Source of the DNA: an uncultured Gammaproteobacteria bacterium
Lineage (GTDB): Bacteria > Patescibacteriota > Patescibacteriia > XYB2-FULL-38-15
Direction: 5' to 3'
Length of the DNA: 64,000 nucleotides
NCBI GenBank assembly: GCA_965231095.1
Contig: OZ246416.1
Coordinates: 249,228 to 313,227 of the forward strand
Positions 28,549-38,502 of the stretch are shown in pieces; within the stretch, counting starts at the first letter, position 1, and each line of letters starts with the position of its first letter. Under the pieces are notes generated by a model that did not search any database, had not been told where the DNA came from, and worked only from the letters and a program-made list of their open reading frames with translations. A program made the translations under genes and the position numbers.

Positions 28549-29262
28549 ATGAAAATAATTATGCCAAGAATCAGTATAATAATTCCAACTTACCAGCATG
28601 GAGACATGATTGAAACGTGTCTTTTGTCGTTGTTCAACCAAACATTTAAAGATTTTGAGATTATAGTGGTAAACGACGGATCAACCGACAACACAGCCGA
28701 AATTTTAGAAAAATACAAAGACCGCGTGAAAATTATAAATCAAGAAAATCTTGGCGCGCCCTCGGCAAGAAACAGGGGATTTAGAGAATCAACCGGCGAG
28801 TTTTTAATATTCTCTGATGCTGACGTGGACGCGAAACCGGAAATGCTCGCCAAAATGTTAGAAACATTAGAAAATCATCCCGAAGCGTCATACGCATATT
28901 CATCTTTTATATGGGGAAGAAAAAAATTTAGTTTGCACGAATTTGATGGTGGGGCGTTGAAAAAAATGAATTATATTACTTCAACAACTTTAATTCGCCG
29001 CGAACATTTTCCCGGCTGGGATGAAAGTTTAAAAAAATTTCAGGATTGGGATTTATGGCTTCAGATGTTGGAGCAAGGTCACATCGGCGTTTGGGTGCCG
29101 GAATTTTTATTTACGGTTAAACCACGTCGGACGGGAATTTCCAGTTGGCTGCCGTCATTTATGTATAAAATTCCTTGGGAAAAAATCGGTTGGGCGTCGC
29201 CTAGTGCAATAAAAAAATATAATGAGGCATTAAAAATCATAAAAGCCAAACATCATTTATAA
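28549..29262 (+). CDS. Glycosyltransferase family 2
   Basis: SIIIPTY, VVNDGSTD, ARNRG, DAD, QDWDLW. Confidence 0.93.
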   Translation: MKIIMPRISIIIPTYQHGDMIETCLLSLFNQTFKDFEIIVVNDGSTDNTAEILEKYKDRVKIINQENLGAPSARNRGFRESTGEFLIFSDADVDAKPEMLAKMLETLENHPEASYAYSSFIWGRKKFSLHEFDGGALKKMNYITSTTLIRREHFPGWDESLKKFQDWDLWLQMLEQGHIGVWVPEFLFTVKPRRTGISSWLPSFMYKIPWEKIGWASPSAIKKYNEALKIIKAKHHL

Positions 29263-29266
29263 TAGT

Positions 29267-30115
29267 ATGGACCTCTCAATTATTATCGTAAATTGGAAAG
29301 TTAAAGATCTGCTGGAAAAATGCCTACGGTCTATTTTTGAACAAACTAAAAATATAAGTTTTGAGGTTTTTGTGGTTGATAATAATTCGGGCGACGGAAG
29401 CGCGGAGATGGTGCGGGAAAAATTTCCCCAAGTTGATCTGACGGCCAGCGCGGAAAACTTGGGTTTTGCAAAAGGAAATAATCTGGCGATAAAAAAATTT
29501 CGCGGCAGATATGTTTTACTTTTAAATCCCGACACGGAAATTTTAGATAATGCCTTGGGTAAAATGGTTAAATTTATGGACGCCCAAGAGGAGTGCGGCA
29601 TTGCCGGTTGCAAACTTTTAAACGCCGACTTGTCTCTTCAACCATCAGTTCGCGCTTTTCCGGATTTTGCCTCGCAGATTTTTATTTTGTTAAAAATTCA
29701 CCATTTGTTTCCGCACTCAAAAACCATGTACAAATATCTAGTTCAAGATTTTGATTATGGAAAAACACAAGAAACGGATCAGGTCATGGGTGCGTTTATG
29801 ATGATCCGACGAGAGGTGATAAATAGAATTGGAGTGCTTGATGAAAATTTTTGGATTTGGTTTGAAGAAGTTGATTTTTGCAAACGGGCAAAAGAGGCTG
29901 GTTTCAAAATTTTCTACACGCCGGAAGCAAAAATCATCCATCACTTTGGCCAAAGTTTTAAACAAGCCATGGGCGTAAAAAAACAAAAAGATTTTAACCG
30001 GAGTTTGTCGTATTATTTCAAAAAACATGGAACAAAAGGGGAGTGGATCGCAATACAGATTTTACGGCCATTAAGTTTGGCCTTGGCTTGGCTCGCGCAA
30101 AATTTTAAAAAATAA
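29267..30115 (+). CDS. Glycosyltransferase family 2 (WbbL/rhamnosyltransferase-like)
   Basis: SIIIVNW, VVDNNS.DGS, NLGFAKGNN, LLNPD, EEVDFCKR. Confidence 0.92.
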   Translation: MDLSIIIVNWKVKDLLEKCLRSIFEQTKNISFEVFVVDNNSGDGSAEMVREKFPQVDLTASAENLGFAKGNNLAIKKFRGRYVLLLNPDTEILDNALGKMVKFMDAQEECGIAGCKLLNADLSLQPSVRAFPDFASQIFILLKIHHLFPHSKTMYKYLVQDFDYGKTQETDQVMGAFMMIRREVINRIGVLDENFWIWFEEVDFCKRAKEAGFKIFYTPEAKIIHHFGQSFKQAMGVKKQKDFNRSLSYYFKKHGTKGEWIAIQILRPLSLALAWLAQNFKK

Positions 30116-30181
30116 AAAAAACCGACTTAATCAGCTTGCGCTTTTCAGTCGGCGTAGATTCGTTCCTCCGTCGATCGCGAT

Positions 30182-30661
30182 CTAGACCGCGATGGGCTGG
30201 TTCACGTAGAAGGCGGCGAGCGTGGCGATGATCTTCATCGCCTCAGCCTCGCCGATCTGGCGGAAGTCGCCGGCCGAAACCCGGCAGTCGGCCGCCAGAC
30301 TGCGGATGGTCTCGGTTCCGTCTCCCCCGATGCGGGTGGAGCCCTCCACTCCCCAGATATTGGCATCAGGGAAGTAGCTGACCAGGATCAGGCGTTCGCT
30401 TTCCTCTCCTCCGGTCAGAGCGACTTCGATCGAGGTGGGCTCCCACCTCTCTTGCTCTTCCTTGGGGGCGCTGGGGCTCACGCGCCCGAAGACGAGATCC
30501 CAGCCGAGGAGGAAGCCGCTGCGCGCCGACGTGTCGAAACCGGCGATGATGTCGTCGTAGTGGACGGCCTCATGCCCGTGGACGCGAAGCCTGGCAAAGA
30601 TCTCCTCGACTTTCTGGCACAACACGATCGTCTTCTTCAATCTTTCGAGCCGGGAATTCAT
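30182..30661 (-). CDS. Orphan protein, paralog 1 of a tandem triplet
   Basis: SD GGAGG, own TTGACA promoter and terminator; shares motifs with 30806-31285 and 31309-31764. Confidence 0.8.
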   Translation of the reverse strand: MNSRLERLKKTIVLCQKVEEIFARLRVHGHEAVHYDDIIAGFDTSARSGFLLGWDLVFGRVSPSAPKEEQERWEPTSIEVALTGGEESERLILVSYFPDANIWGVEGSTRIGGDGTETIRSLAADCRVSAGDFRQIGEAEAMKIIATLAAFYVNQPIAV

Positions 30662-30805
30662 CCCTTACACCCTCCTTCTCGCCCAAACCCAATTGTTTAG
30701 GCTACACTATAATCTAACAACAAAATTATAAATTGTCAAGACTTCCTTATTCTTTTAAAATAAAAAAGCCGACCGAAGAGCAAGTGTTCCTGGTCGGCAG
30801 ACGGA

Positions 30806-31285
30806 CTATCCTCCCGCTGTGATCGCGGTCTTGACCGCGGAAAGGTTGGTATAAAAGTCGACGAGTGTTCGGATAATCGCAAAGGCTTGACCTCTACTGA
30901 TCACCCGAAAATCTCTGTTGGGCGCGAGATCCCAGGTGTCGGCCAGTTTTTGCAACGAAGCGTCTTTCGTCGCGAAACAATATTTGGCCTTCCAGATCAA
31001 GCCACCTTCACTGGGTAAAAGAATCTGGTCGCAGCGTACCTGGATGATTGGGTTGTGTCTGTCTCCCCAACTGATGAACACCTCGATGGAAATGTGTGTC
31101 TCTCTGATGTCGAGACACCAACCAAGAAGGTAGTCGCATCTTGAAGGGGCGGTGAATCCGGCGCAAAAAGGGTTGTACGGAGCAGGGATTGCTTCGCTTC
31201 CTGTGACGCTGCTTGATTCGAAGATCCCTTCAACTTCATTGCACAGTTTGATCACCCGCGTCAGTACCTGAAGTCTTGAATGCAC
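30806..31285 (-). CDS. Orphan protein, paralog 2 of a tandem triplet
   Basis: GTG start with SD GGGAGG; shared motifs. Confidence 0.78.
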   Translation of the reverse strand: MHSRLQVLTRVIKLCNEVEGIFESSSVTGSEAIPAPYNPFCAGFTAPSRCDYLLGWCLDIRETHISIEVFISWGDRHNPIIQVRCDQILLPSEGGLIWKAKYCFATKDASLQKLADTWDLAPNRDFRVISRGQAFAIIRTLVDFYTNLSAVKTAITAGG

Positions 31286-31308
31286 TTTTGTCCTCCCTTT
31301 AGGTGCAA

Positions 31309-31764
31309 CTAGCCCACGGATAGCTTAGCGTAGAATTCGGCGAGCGACTCGATGAGTTCGAGCGCCTTGTGTTCGTCCACCAAGGTCGCACCGCGTATAA
31401 GCGACCACCTGAAGACGAGATCATGGACTGCTTGGAATCTGTCGATCTCGAAAGTTAGCACCACGCCCCACCCACAGCCGACAGTGTAAAGGAATTTGAT
31501 CAATTCTTCTGAATTGTCACCCCCGTCGTTCCAGAGACTCACCTCGAGCTGGCAAGGAAGAAGCTCGCCTACGCGACTCGCGTGGTTGTCGAGGTAATTT
31601 AACCGCCAGATGAGAACCAACCCACTCTTGGGTTCGGCGACGAAATCCACAATGGTGGCCGGGTGGTAGATCTGCCGGCCGACAACCCTTGCCTCTCGGA
31701 AGATGTTCATGATGCGATCGCAGAGCGCTAACATACCATGCAAGTCACCAAGCCTATTATCCAT
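31309..31764 (-). CDS. Orphan protein, paralog 3 of a tandem triplet
   Basis: SD AAGGAGGG; shared motifs. Confidence 0.78.
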   Translation of the reverse strand: MDNRLGDLHGMLALCDRIMNIFREARVVGRQIYHPATIVDFVAEPKSGLVLIWRLNYLDNHASRVGELLPCQLEVSLWNDGGDNSEELIKFLYTVGCGWGVVLTFEIDRFQAVHDLVFRWSLIRGATLVDEHKALELIESLAEFYAKLSVG

Positions 31765-31842
31765 TTTGTCCCTCCTTTTTTTCGCCGAGTTTTACTCGGA
31801 CTTCATATCAATTTATCACCTGAATATTAATTGTCAACCGCC

Positions 31843-33273
31843 ATGGACCTTTTCGGAAAATATTTTAAAACCTCGCTGCTTTTTATTTCTCTCACGCTGA
31901 TTTTGTCGTTCTGCGCTTACTTTTTTCCGCTTTTTAATAAAGCAGCGTTTTTTGTAATTTTGGCGCTGACGCTTGTTTTAACTTTAGAAAAATTAGAGTA
32001 TGGACTTTATATCTTACTGGCAGAATTATTTATTGGTTCAAAAGGATATCTTTTTTTTCTAGACACTGGGGGAGTTTCGGTTTCCTTGCGCATAGGTTTA
32101 TTTTTAATTGTGATGGCAGTTTGGATTTATAACAGATTAAAGATTAAAGATTTAAGATTTAAATTGGATAAATGGTATTGGATTTTATTTGCCTTTATCG
32201 CCTGGGGTTTTGTTTGGGGATTAATTCGCGGAAACTCTTTCCAAAATTTATTTTTTGATTTTAACGGCTGGATTTATTTTGCCCTGGTTTTTCCGCTCGC
32301 TGACGTTATCAAATCGCGCGAGCAAATTGAAAATGTTTTACAAATTTTTACCGCCTCAATTACAATCATTATCGTAAAAACTTTTATTTTTCTTTATATT
32401 TTCTCCCACGGATTTGAAGTTGTCGTCTTGCCGATTTATCGCTGGCTCCGGCAATTTCTAATCGGAGAGGTTACGCTAATGCCGAGCGGTTTTTACCGGA
32501 TATTTTTTCAATCGCAGATTTATTTATTGATTGGATTTTTTATTTTTTCCGCATTTTTAATTTGGGAAAATAAAAAAGATAAAAGATGTTGGTTCTTGGC
32601 TGTTGGGTCGCTGACCTCGGTTTTGATTAGTTTTTCTCGAAGTTTTTGGGTGGGACTCGCGGCTGGAATTATCGCGTTTTTGGTAATTTTAATTATTCAA
32701 AAATTTTCTTTCGGAAAAATCGTGAGAATCGGCTTAGCCGGCCTCGCCATTTTAATAATTTCTTTGTCCGCGACTTTTGTCACGGCGCAATTTCCGTTCC
32801 CCGAACCGAGAAAAATTTCTTTTGCCTCAATGTTTAGTGACCGTCTGACTGATTTAGATGAAGCAGCGGTCCGAAGTCGCTGGGATTTACTCCCGCCGCT
32901 CGGCCGGGAAATTGTAAAACATCCGATTGTCGGTTCTGGTTTTGGGACAACTGTCACTTATAAAAGCAGTGACCCGCGAGCTGTGCAATTTAATCCCGGC
33001 GGGATATTCACAACCTATGCCTTTGAATGGGGATTTTTGGATATTATGTTGAAAATCGGTCTGGCTGGGTTGGTTGTTTATATACTTCTAATCGTTAAAA
33101 TTTGGCGTTTTGGGTGGTTTTTAGGGCGATCTAGGGACTTTATCTTCCCCGGACTTTTGCTTGGGTTAGCCGCTCTTTTGGCCACAAATTTTTTCAGCCC
33201 ATACTTAAACCATCCGTTGGGGATTGGTTATATAATGCTTTGCGATATAATCTTTCAAAAATTAAAAAGTTGA
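31843..33273 (+). CDS. O-antigen ligase/polymerase-like membrane protein
   Basis: More than 10 TM; ISFSRSFW, HPIVGSGFG, GLAGL. Confidence 0.8.
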   Translation: MDLFGKYFKTSLLFISLTLILSFCAYFFPLFNKAAFFVILALTLVLTLEKLEYGLYILLAELFIGSKGYLFFLDTGGVSVSLRIGLFLIVMAVWIYNRLKIKDLRFKLDKWYWILFAFIAWGFVWGLIRGNSFQNLFFDFNGWIYFALVFPLADVIKSREQIENVLQIFTASITIIIVKTFIFLYIFSHGFEVVVLPIYRWLRQFLIGEVTLMPSGFYRIFFQSQIYLLIGFFIFSAFLIWENKKDKRCWFLAVGSLTSVLISFSRSFWVGLAAGIIAFLVILIIQKFSFGKIVRIGLAGLAILIISLSATFVTAQFPFPEPRKISFASMFSDRLTDLDEAAVRSRWDLLPPLGREIVKHPIVGSGFGTTVTYKSSDPRAVQFNPGGIFTTYAFEWGFLDIMLKIGLAGLVVYILLIVKIWRFGWFLGRSRDFIFPGLLLGLAALLATNFFSPYLNHPLGIGYIMLCDIIFQKLKS

Positions 33274-33378
33274 TTTTAAAAAGCTAAATTTTAAAATCCC
33301 CGCACTGGGCGGGGTTGACAAAAACATTATTTTATAGTATATTTTATAGTTGTCTTTGGATGGAAGGGAGGGTTGGGA

Positions 33379-33585
33379 ATGGTGAGAGATGACGACGTTT
33401 TTCTCTTCGAGGTCAAGTGTGAAACATGCGGGGAAAATTTCTACTACGACGCCCTGACCTTGACCTTGGCGCGGATTCGTGTTCGCTTCGGCGTACACGA
33501 GTTCTGCTGCCACTGGCGTAACGCTACCGCGGTTGGAGAAAAAAATCCCGCCGCGAGAAAAAAGGAGGAAAGAAGATGCCGTTGA
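33379..33585 (+). CDS. Small GC-rich orphan with CxxC
   Basis: TTGACA promoter and SD GGGAGGG upstream; KCETCG...HEFCCH. Confidence 0.5.
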   Translation: MVRDDDVFLFEVKCETCGENFYYDALTLTLARIRVRFGVHEFCCHWRNATAVGEKNPAARKKEERRCR

Positions 33586-33789
33586 TCGAAGTTGCGGTCA
33601 AGCGGTTTGACCCGGCGAAGGACGCGTTCTCTTCGAGCTAGTTCGGAGGTCTGCGGCTGTTAGCCGTTCGCGGTGTCACTTAACTCGTGGCGCCGCTTTT
33701 TTTATTTGACTTTTATCCCAATTTATATAAAATAGACTTATCAAGGTCGCTTTTCTAAACAGCGCGAGGCAAGGGAAAGGGAGGCGGAA

Positions 33790-34107
33790 ATGGTAACGAT
33801 TGAGGTTGGGAATACGGGAGTAGAAGAACGGAAGCGGCGATTCAAGGATATGCTGACAAAAGAGATCGTGAAGATCGGGGGCATCGGAGACAACGTGGAT
33901 GTGACGATCCGGTTCTGTGGCGCGACAGACCGGAGGCGAGGGCCGCTCAATCTCCACATTTTGGACGGCAGCGGTCTTCCGGGCCATCTTCACGGCAAGA
34001 TCGCCGAGGGTCTTTGCTCGGTAGCCAGGAGGTTCTACGAGGAAAACGGCCACGGTGTCCGACCGGTGGAAACTACGATCGGTTCCGTTTTGCGCAAAAT
34101 CGACTAG
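33790..34107 (+). CDS. GC-rich orphan protein (105 aa)
   Basis: SD GGGAGG, TTGACT promoter and downstream GC hairpin with T tract. Confidence 0.65.
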   Translation: MVTIEVGNTGVEERKRRFKDMLTKEIVKIGGIGDNVDVTIRFCGATDRRRGPLNLHILDGSGLPGHLHGKIAEGLCSVARRFYEENGHGVRPVETTIGSVLRKID

Positions 34108-34175
34108 GAGGCTTACTAATAAGCGAAAGCGGCAGGGGTAAAAATCTCTGCCGCTTCTTTTTTTCTCTGCGGGGG

Positions 34176-34203
34176 TTGACAAATTTTATAAATAGTGTAT
34201 AAT
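34176..34203 (+). promoter_or_regulatory. Consensus sigma-70 promoter
   Basis: TTGACA-16 nt-TATAAT, ~120 nt upstream of the Zn-ribbon gene. Confidence 0.75.
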
Positions 34204-34330
34204 AAAGGCATAATTCAATAAGCTCCGTTTTAAGCGGAGCAAGTAGAAGAGTAGGACAATTTTAACGATAGATCCTTAAGATAATATCAAAAGGTCATAA
34301 GTTAAAATGACCGAGACTTCCAAGTAACTT

Positions 34331-34516
34331 ATGGCCTTCAACAATCAAGGCTTTGGCCAGAGACCTCCGCGCCAGATGTTCAATGTCGCTGACATGAACC
34401 TCAAGTGCGCTGACTGTGGCACTCCGATCACCGAGCTTCCTTTTAAGCCAGCCGCTGATCGACCAGTTTATTGCTTTGAATGCAACAAAAAGCGTAGAGC
34501 TGATTTTGCAAGATAA
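34331..34516 (+). CDS. CxxC-x17-CxxC-type zinc-ribbon protein
   Basis: CADCG...LPFKP..DRPVYCFEC. Confidence 0.9.
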   Translation: MAFNNQGFGQRPPRQMFNVADMNLKCADCGTPITELPFKPAADRPVYCFECNKKRRADFAR

Positions 34517-34525
34517 GAGATAAAT

Positions 34526-34557
34526 AAAACCACCCCCGATGTATCGGGGGTGGTTTT
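34526..34557. terminator. Bidirectional intrinsic terminator
   Basis: AAAACCACCCCCGAT/ATCGGGGGTGGTTTT palindrome between convergent genes. Confidence 0.8.
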
Positions 34558-34577
34558 GTGTTATATAAAATTTATTT

Positions 34578-35528
34578 TTAAAGTAGCGTAGCGCCTAAAA
34601 TTTTTTGATAACCTCGTAAAAATTCGCGGCCGGTTGTTTTATTTTTTCCTTCAAGTTGAAGCTCGCTTATTTTTAAATTTTCCCCGGCGGCGGAAAAGAG
34701 CATTTCGCCACTTTCCGTGACACCGACTTTTCCCGGCGTTCCCGCTTCTCCGGTTTCCAAAATCTCCGCTTTTATTATTTTTAATCTTACGGTTTTTTTG
34801 CCGTCCTTCCATTCAGACCAAGTCCCGGGCCATTCTTCAAAGGCCCTAATTTGTCGGTCAATTTCTTTCGCGGATTTTTGCCAATCAATTTTTCCGTCTT
34901 CACGAGTTAAAATTTTTGTATAAGTCGCTTTTGATTCGTCTTGCGGTATGGGCCCAATTTCACCGCTTAGCCATTTTGGCAGTGTTTCCAACAATAAATC
35001 TCCACCCATTTCTGCTAGTTTTTTTAGCAACTCGCCGTAACCAATTTTTAAATTTTCAATTTCAAATTTATGGCTCGCGATTATCGCCCCATGATCAACT
35101 TGCTCATCCATTAAAATTATTGTCACGCCGGTTTCTTTATCACCTTCTAAAATTGTGGATTGGATTGGCGTGGCTCCGCGATGGCGGGGGAGAAGGGAGG
35201 GATGAATATTTATCGCGCCAAATCTTGGAATATCTAAAATATTTTTAGGAATTATTTTTCCGTAATCAGCGACAACAAGCAAATCCGGCTCAAAAGATTT
35301 TATCATTTTTTCCGCTTCGTCGTTTTTTAAATTTTTCGGTTCAAGTATTTTAAAATCAAACTCCAGAGCAATTTTTTTAGCTCTGGACGGAGAGGGGATT
35401 TGTTTTCGGCCAACGGGTTTATTCGGTTGGGTAACCAGGGCTACCGGCTTAAATTCCGACTCAGTTAATTTTTCTAAAATCGCCGCGCCAAATTCTCCGC
35501 TGCCAGCGAATAGTATTTTATAATTCAT
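34578..35528 (-). CDS. fmt: Methionyl-tRNA formyltransferase
   Basis: TQPNKPVGR, INIHPSLLP.HRGATPI, DHGAI. Confidence 0.96.
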   Translation of the reverse strand: MNYKILFAGSGEFGAAILEKLTESEFKPVALVTQPNKPVGRKQIPSPSRAKKIALEFDFKILEPKNLKNDEAEKMIKSFEPDLLVVADYGKIIPKNILDIPRFGAINIHPSLLPRHRGATPIQSTILEGDKETGVTIILMDEQVDHGAIIASHKFEIENLKIGYGELLKKLAEMGGDLLLETLPKWLSGEIGPIPQDESKATYTKILTREDGKIDWQKSAKEIDRQIRAFEEWPGTWSEWKDGKKTVRLKIIKAEILETGEAGTPGKVGVTESGEMLFSAAGENLKISELQLEGKNKTTGREFLRGYQKILGATLL

Positions 35529-35537
35529 GGTTTTAGA

Positions 35538-36011
35538 TTAAATTTTTGGAACTTCTTCAAAAACTTTTTTGGCTCGATCAATAAAAAGCACGCCGTTTAA
35601 GTGGTCAACTTCGTGCTGGATAACGCGGGCGAAAAGATCCTTTGCCTTAAATTTTACAATCTCCCCGCTTTCATCAAGGGCTTTAACTTTAATAATTTTG
35701 GATCTTTTTACCACCCCCCATTTTTCGGGTACGGAAAGACAGCCCTCTTCAGTGGCTTCTTTTCTCCAGGAAAAATTAATAATCTCCGGATTAATCAAAG
35801 CCATTTTTTTATTTTGGACGGCGATAATAACTATTCTTACGGAAAATCCAACCTGCGGCGCGGCCAGGCCAATGCCGCCGGCAGGAAGAACGGTTTCTTT
35901 CATATCAGAAATTAGCTTTTGAATAACCGGAGTTTTTATATCTTCCAAGCTCAATTCTTTCGCGCGTTGCCGAAGAATGGGGTTTGGGATTGTGGTAATG
36001 GGTAAAATCAT
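35538..36011 (-). CDS. def: Peptide deformylase
   Basis: GIGLAAPQVG, EGCLS, QHEVDHLNG. Confidence 0.97.
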   Translation of the reverse strand: MILPITTIPNPILRQRAKELSLEDIKTPVIQKLISDMKETVLPAGGIGLAAPQVGFSVRIVIIAVQNKKMALINPEIINFSWRKEATEEGCLSVPEKWGVVKRSKIIKVKALDESGEIVKFKAKDLFARVIQHEVDHLNGVLFIDRAKKVFEEVPKI

Positions 36012-36036
36012 GGTGTGTTAAATTAGAGATGTTATA

Positions 36037-37983
36037 TTATATAATGTTTTCCGGGTCAATGTCAATAGTCCAGGAGTCGGACACGTTTTTTTTAAAAAAT
36101 TCTTTTATGGATGAAGTATCGGCTTCCAAAAATTTTATGATAATTTTTGAGAAGAATTTTTTTTGCTCTCTTCTTGGCTCTGGGTCAAAGAGAATGTCGG
36201 CTTTTTCTCGCAAATTATTTTCCAATAATTTTATAAGTTTTGACGCTTCCCCCGAGCATTCTTTTTGGAGAGGGCTGCTAAAGCCTAGTTTTATTAATTT
36301 GCCAAACGGGGGATAGTTTAAAATTTGGCGGTTATCAAGTTCTTCCAGATAAAAGTTTTCCGGTTTTTCCTCCGCGGCGGCGGAAATGATAAAATTGTTT
36401 GGGAAAAAAGTCTGGATTAAAATCGAACTTTTTATGCCGTGAGAAAAATTTATAATATTGGTAAGCCAGGAAAATATTTTTTCTCCGGAGCGGAAATCCG
36501 GACGGTAAATCAGGGTGTCTGCGGAAATTATCCCGACCAGTCCGATATTTTTTATTTTTATTAAATAATTTTTAATGAAAAATTGTGTACCAACAAAAAT
36601 ATCCGCGTCAGATATTTGCTTATGGATTTTTTCCGATGAGGCATCTTTGTCAATTCTTAAAACGCGCGCCCCAGGAAAGAGTTTTTTAATTTCTTTTTCT
36701 ACGGTTTGCGTGCCCACTCCAAGGTATTTAATATCTGCACCATGGCACTCTGGGCAAGAAATTTTTATTGATTCTTCTTTGCCGCAATTATGACAAATAA
36801 ATTTGGCGGGCAGGGCGCACTCTTCGTCATGGCAGGTGAGGGGAGTTTCGCAGTCGCGGCATCTGAAAACATGATCACAGTCACGGCATAAAATAACCGT
36901 TCCTGACCCGCGGCGATTTAGGAGTAAAATTATTTTTTGTTTTTTAGAAAGTGTTTCAAAAATTTTTTCCTTCATTTTTCCGCTTACGGCAGAAATGTTT
37001 TTATTTTTTATTTCGTTGTTCATGTCAACAAGTGCACCGGGTTGTGACGAAAAAATCGGAGGAGGAAGATAGTTAAAGTCAGGATTATTTTGCGCTTCAA
37101 AATAAATTTCTGGACGCGGCGCCTGGCTCGCGAAAAGCACCTTTGCCCCGGTTATCTTTCCAAGTTTTAGCGCGGCATCCCGCGCGTCATAGCGGGGATT
37201 TTGGTCTGATTGCTTAAAGTCAGACGCTTCTTCATTATCCACAATAATCAATCCAAGATTATTAAGGGGAGCAAAAAGCGCGGATCTTGTGCCGATCGCG
37301 ATTTTAGCCTCTCCCTTTTTTATCTTTGCCCACTCCTGCCAATATTCTGTTTTTGACAACTCTCCGTGGAGTAAGGCGACTTTTCCCGGAAATAATTTTA
37401 AAAAATATGAAGAAATTTCCAAAACATCGTCCACTTGCGGGAGAAGGACGAGCGCGCCCTTGCCCTCTGAAATTATTTTTTCCGCGCATTTTAGAAAAAC
37501 GGCTATCTTACTTTTACTATTTTTATAATGAAAAAGAAAGTTACGTTTTTTTGAAGAAATAATTTTTTTAATCGTATTTTGTATTTCTTCCAAATCGGTT
37601 TTTAGGACCCCAAGGGAAATTGGCCTTGGCTTTGGAAAAGTTTTAAAATTACTCACTTTTTGCGGAGGAGAGGGAAGAAAAGTTTTTAAAATTAATGTGG
37701 GGGAAGTAAGGTAATAATCCGCGAACCATCGTAAAAATTCCAAATGATTTTTATCTAAATTTTCCTCGAAATCAATTATTTTCAAAAACGGTTTAATTTT
37801 AACTTTAATTTCCGCCGGCTCTTTTTTTATGGCAACAATAATCCCGTCAATTTTCTTGCCGCGAAAAGGAATTTTTACAATTTGCCCAACCTTAACTTGT
37901 CCCAAAAAATTTTCCGGGACTTCATAATCAAAAGCTGATAGATTTTTAGGCAAGCGTGCCAGGGGAATAATTTCAACAAACAT
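36037..37983 (-). CDS. priA: Primosomal protein N' (degenerate helicase motifs)
   Basis: IGTRSALFAP, YDARD, LLNRRG, four CxxC pairs, PDFRSGE, YPPF. Confidence 0.92.
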   Translation of the reverse strand: MFVEIIPLARLPKNLSAFDYEVPENFLGQVKVGQIVKIPFRGKKIDGIIVAIKKEPAEIKVKIKPFLKIIDFEENLDKNHLEFLRWFADYYLTSPTLILKTFLPSPPQKVSNFKTFPKPRPISLGVLKTDLEEIQNTIKKIISSKKRNFLFHYKNSKSKIAVFLKCAEKIISEGKGALVLLPQVDDVLEISSYFLKLFPGKVALLHGELSKTEYWQEWAKIKKGEAKIAIGTRSALFAPLNNLGLIIVDNEEASDFKQSDQNPRYDARDAALKLGKITGAKVLFASQAPRPEIYFEAQNNPDFNYLPPPIFSSQPGALVDMNNEIKNKNISAVSGKMKEKIFETLSKKQKIILLLNRRGSGTVILCRDCDHVFRCRDCETPLTCHDEECALPAKFICHNCGKEESIKISCPECHGADIKYLGVGTQTVEKEIKKLFPGARVLRIDKDASSEKIHKQISDADIFVGTQFFIKNYLIKIKNIGLVGIISADTLIYRPDFRSGEKIFSWLTNIINFSHGIKSSILIQTFFPNNFIISAAAEEKPENFYLEELDNRQILNYPPFGKLIKLGFSSPLQKECSGEASKLIKLLENNLREKADILFDPEPRREQKKFFSKIIIKFLEADTSSIKEFFKKNVSDSWTIDIDPENII

Positions 37984-37985
37984 GT

Positions 37986-38501
37986 TTAGTTGTACTTTAT
38001 AGCGCCAAATTTTAAAATAGTAATTTTTTCTTTAGATAAATTTATACCGGCTTTATGGCAAACTGCCTTTATTTGTTCACCTCGCGTATTTATTCCCTTG
38101 AGGTCTGGTAGAAGCAACCCGGATTTTCCCGTTTCCGATCTCACTAAAATTCCATATTTTTTTGGATCAAGTTCGTCTATATTTTTTATTTCCCGCGGTT
38201 CATCCAAAACATAGACTGAGTAGGAAAGTTTTGGCAGTTCTTCTTTAGTGATTGGGTTGAAGCGATAATCTTCCGTTGCCGCAGAAATGGAATTTTGCAT
38301 AATTTCTTCCGCAAGAGTTGGTGCGGTCGGAAGGTAGGTACCAATACATCCGCGCAGATTTTTCCCATTATAAATACTTACAAAAACCCCCGCCCGAGAA
38401 GCCGTAAATTTTTTTGGCAAATCTTTGGGTGGGGGAGGAATTTTTCCTGTTTTAAAATAACCTTCGATTGCATCTTTAACCAGTTTTACGTGGGCGTTCA
38501 T
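37986..38501 (-). CDS. amrA: AmmeMemoRadiSam system protein A (AMMECR1 domain)
   Basis: GVFVS...LRGCIGT, D.RF.PI, GLLLPDL; ATG at 38501. Confidence 0.9.
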   Translation of the reverse strand: MNAHVKLVKDAIEGYFKTGKIPPPPKDLPKKFTASRAGVFVSIYNGKNLRGCIGTYLPTAPTLAEEIMQNSISAATEDYRFNPITKEELPKLSYSVYVLDEPREIKNIDELDPKKYGILVRSETGKSGLLLPDLKGINTRGEQIKAVCHKAGINLSKEKITILKFGAIKYN

Positions 38502-38502
38502 T

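Noticed and set aside
33576-33641. 21-aa ORF with strong SD (MPLIEVAVKRFDPAKDAFSSS)
   Set aside because: Too short to support; it may be a truncated cassette gene, so it is not listed as a feature.
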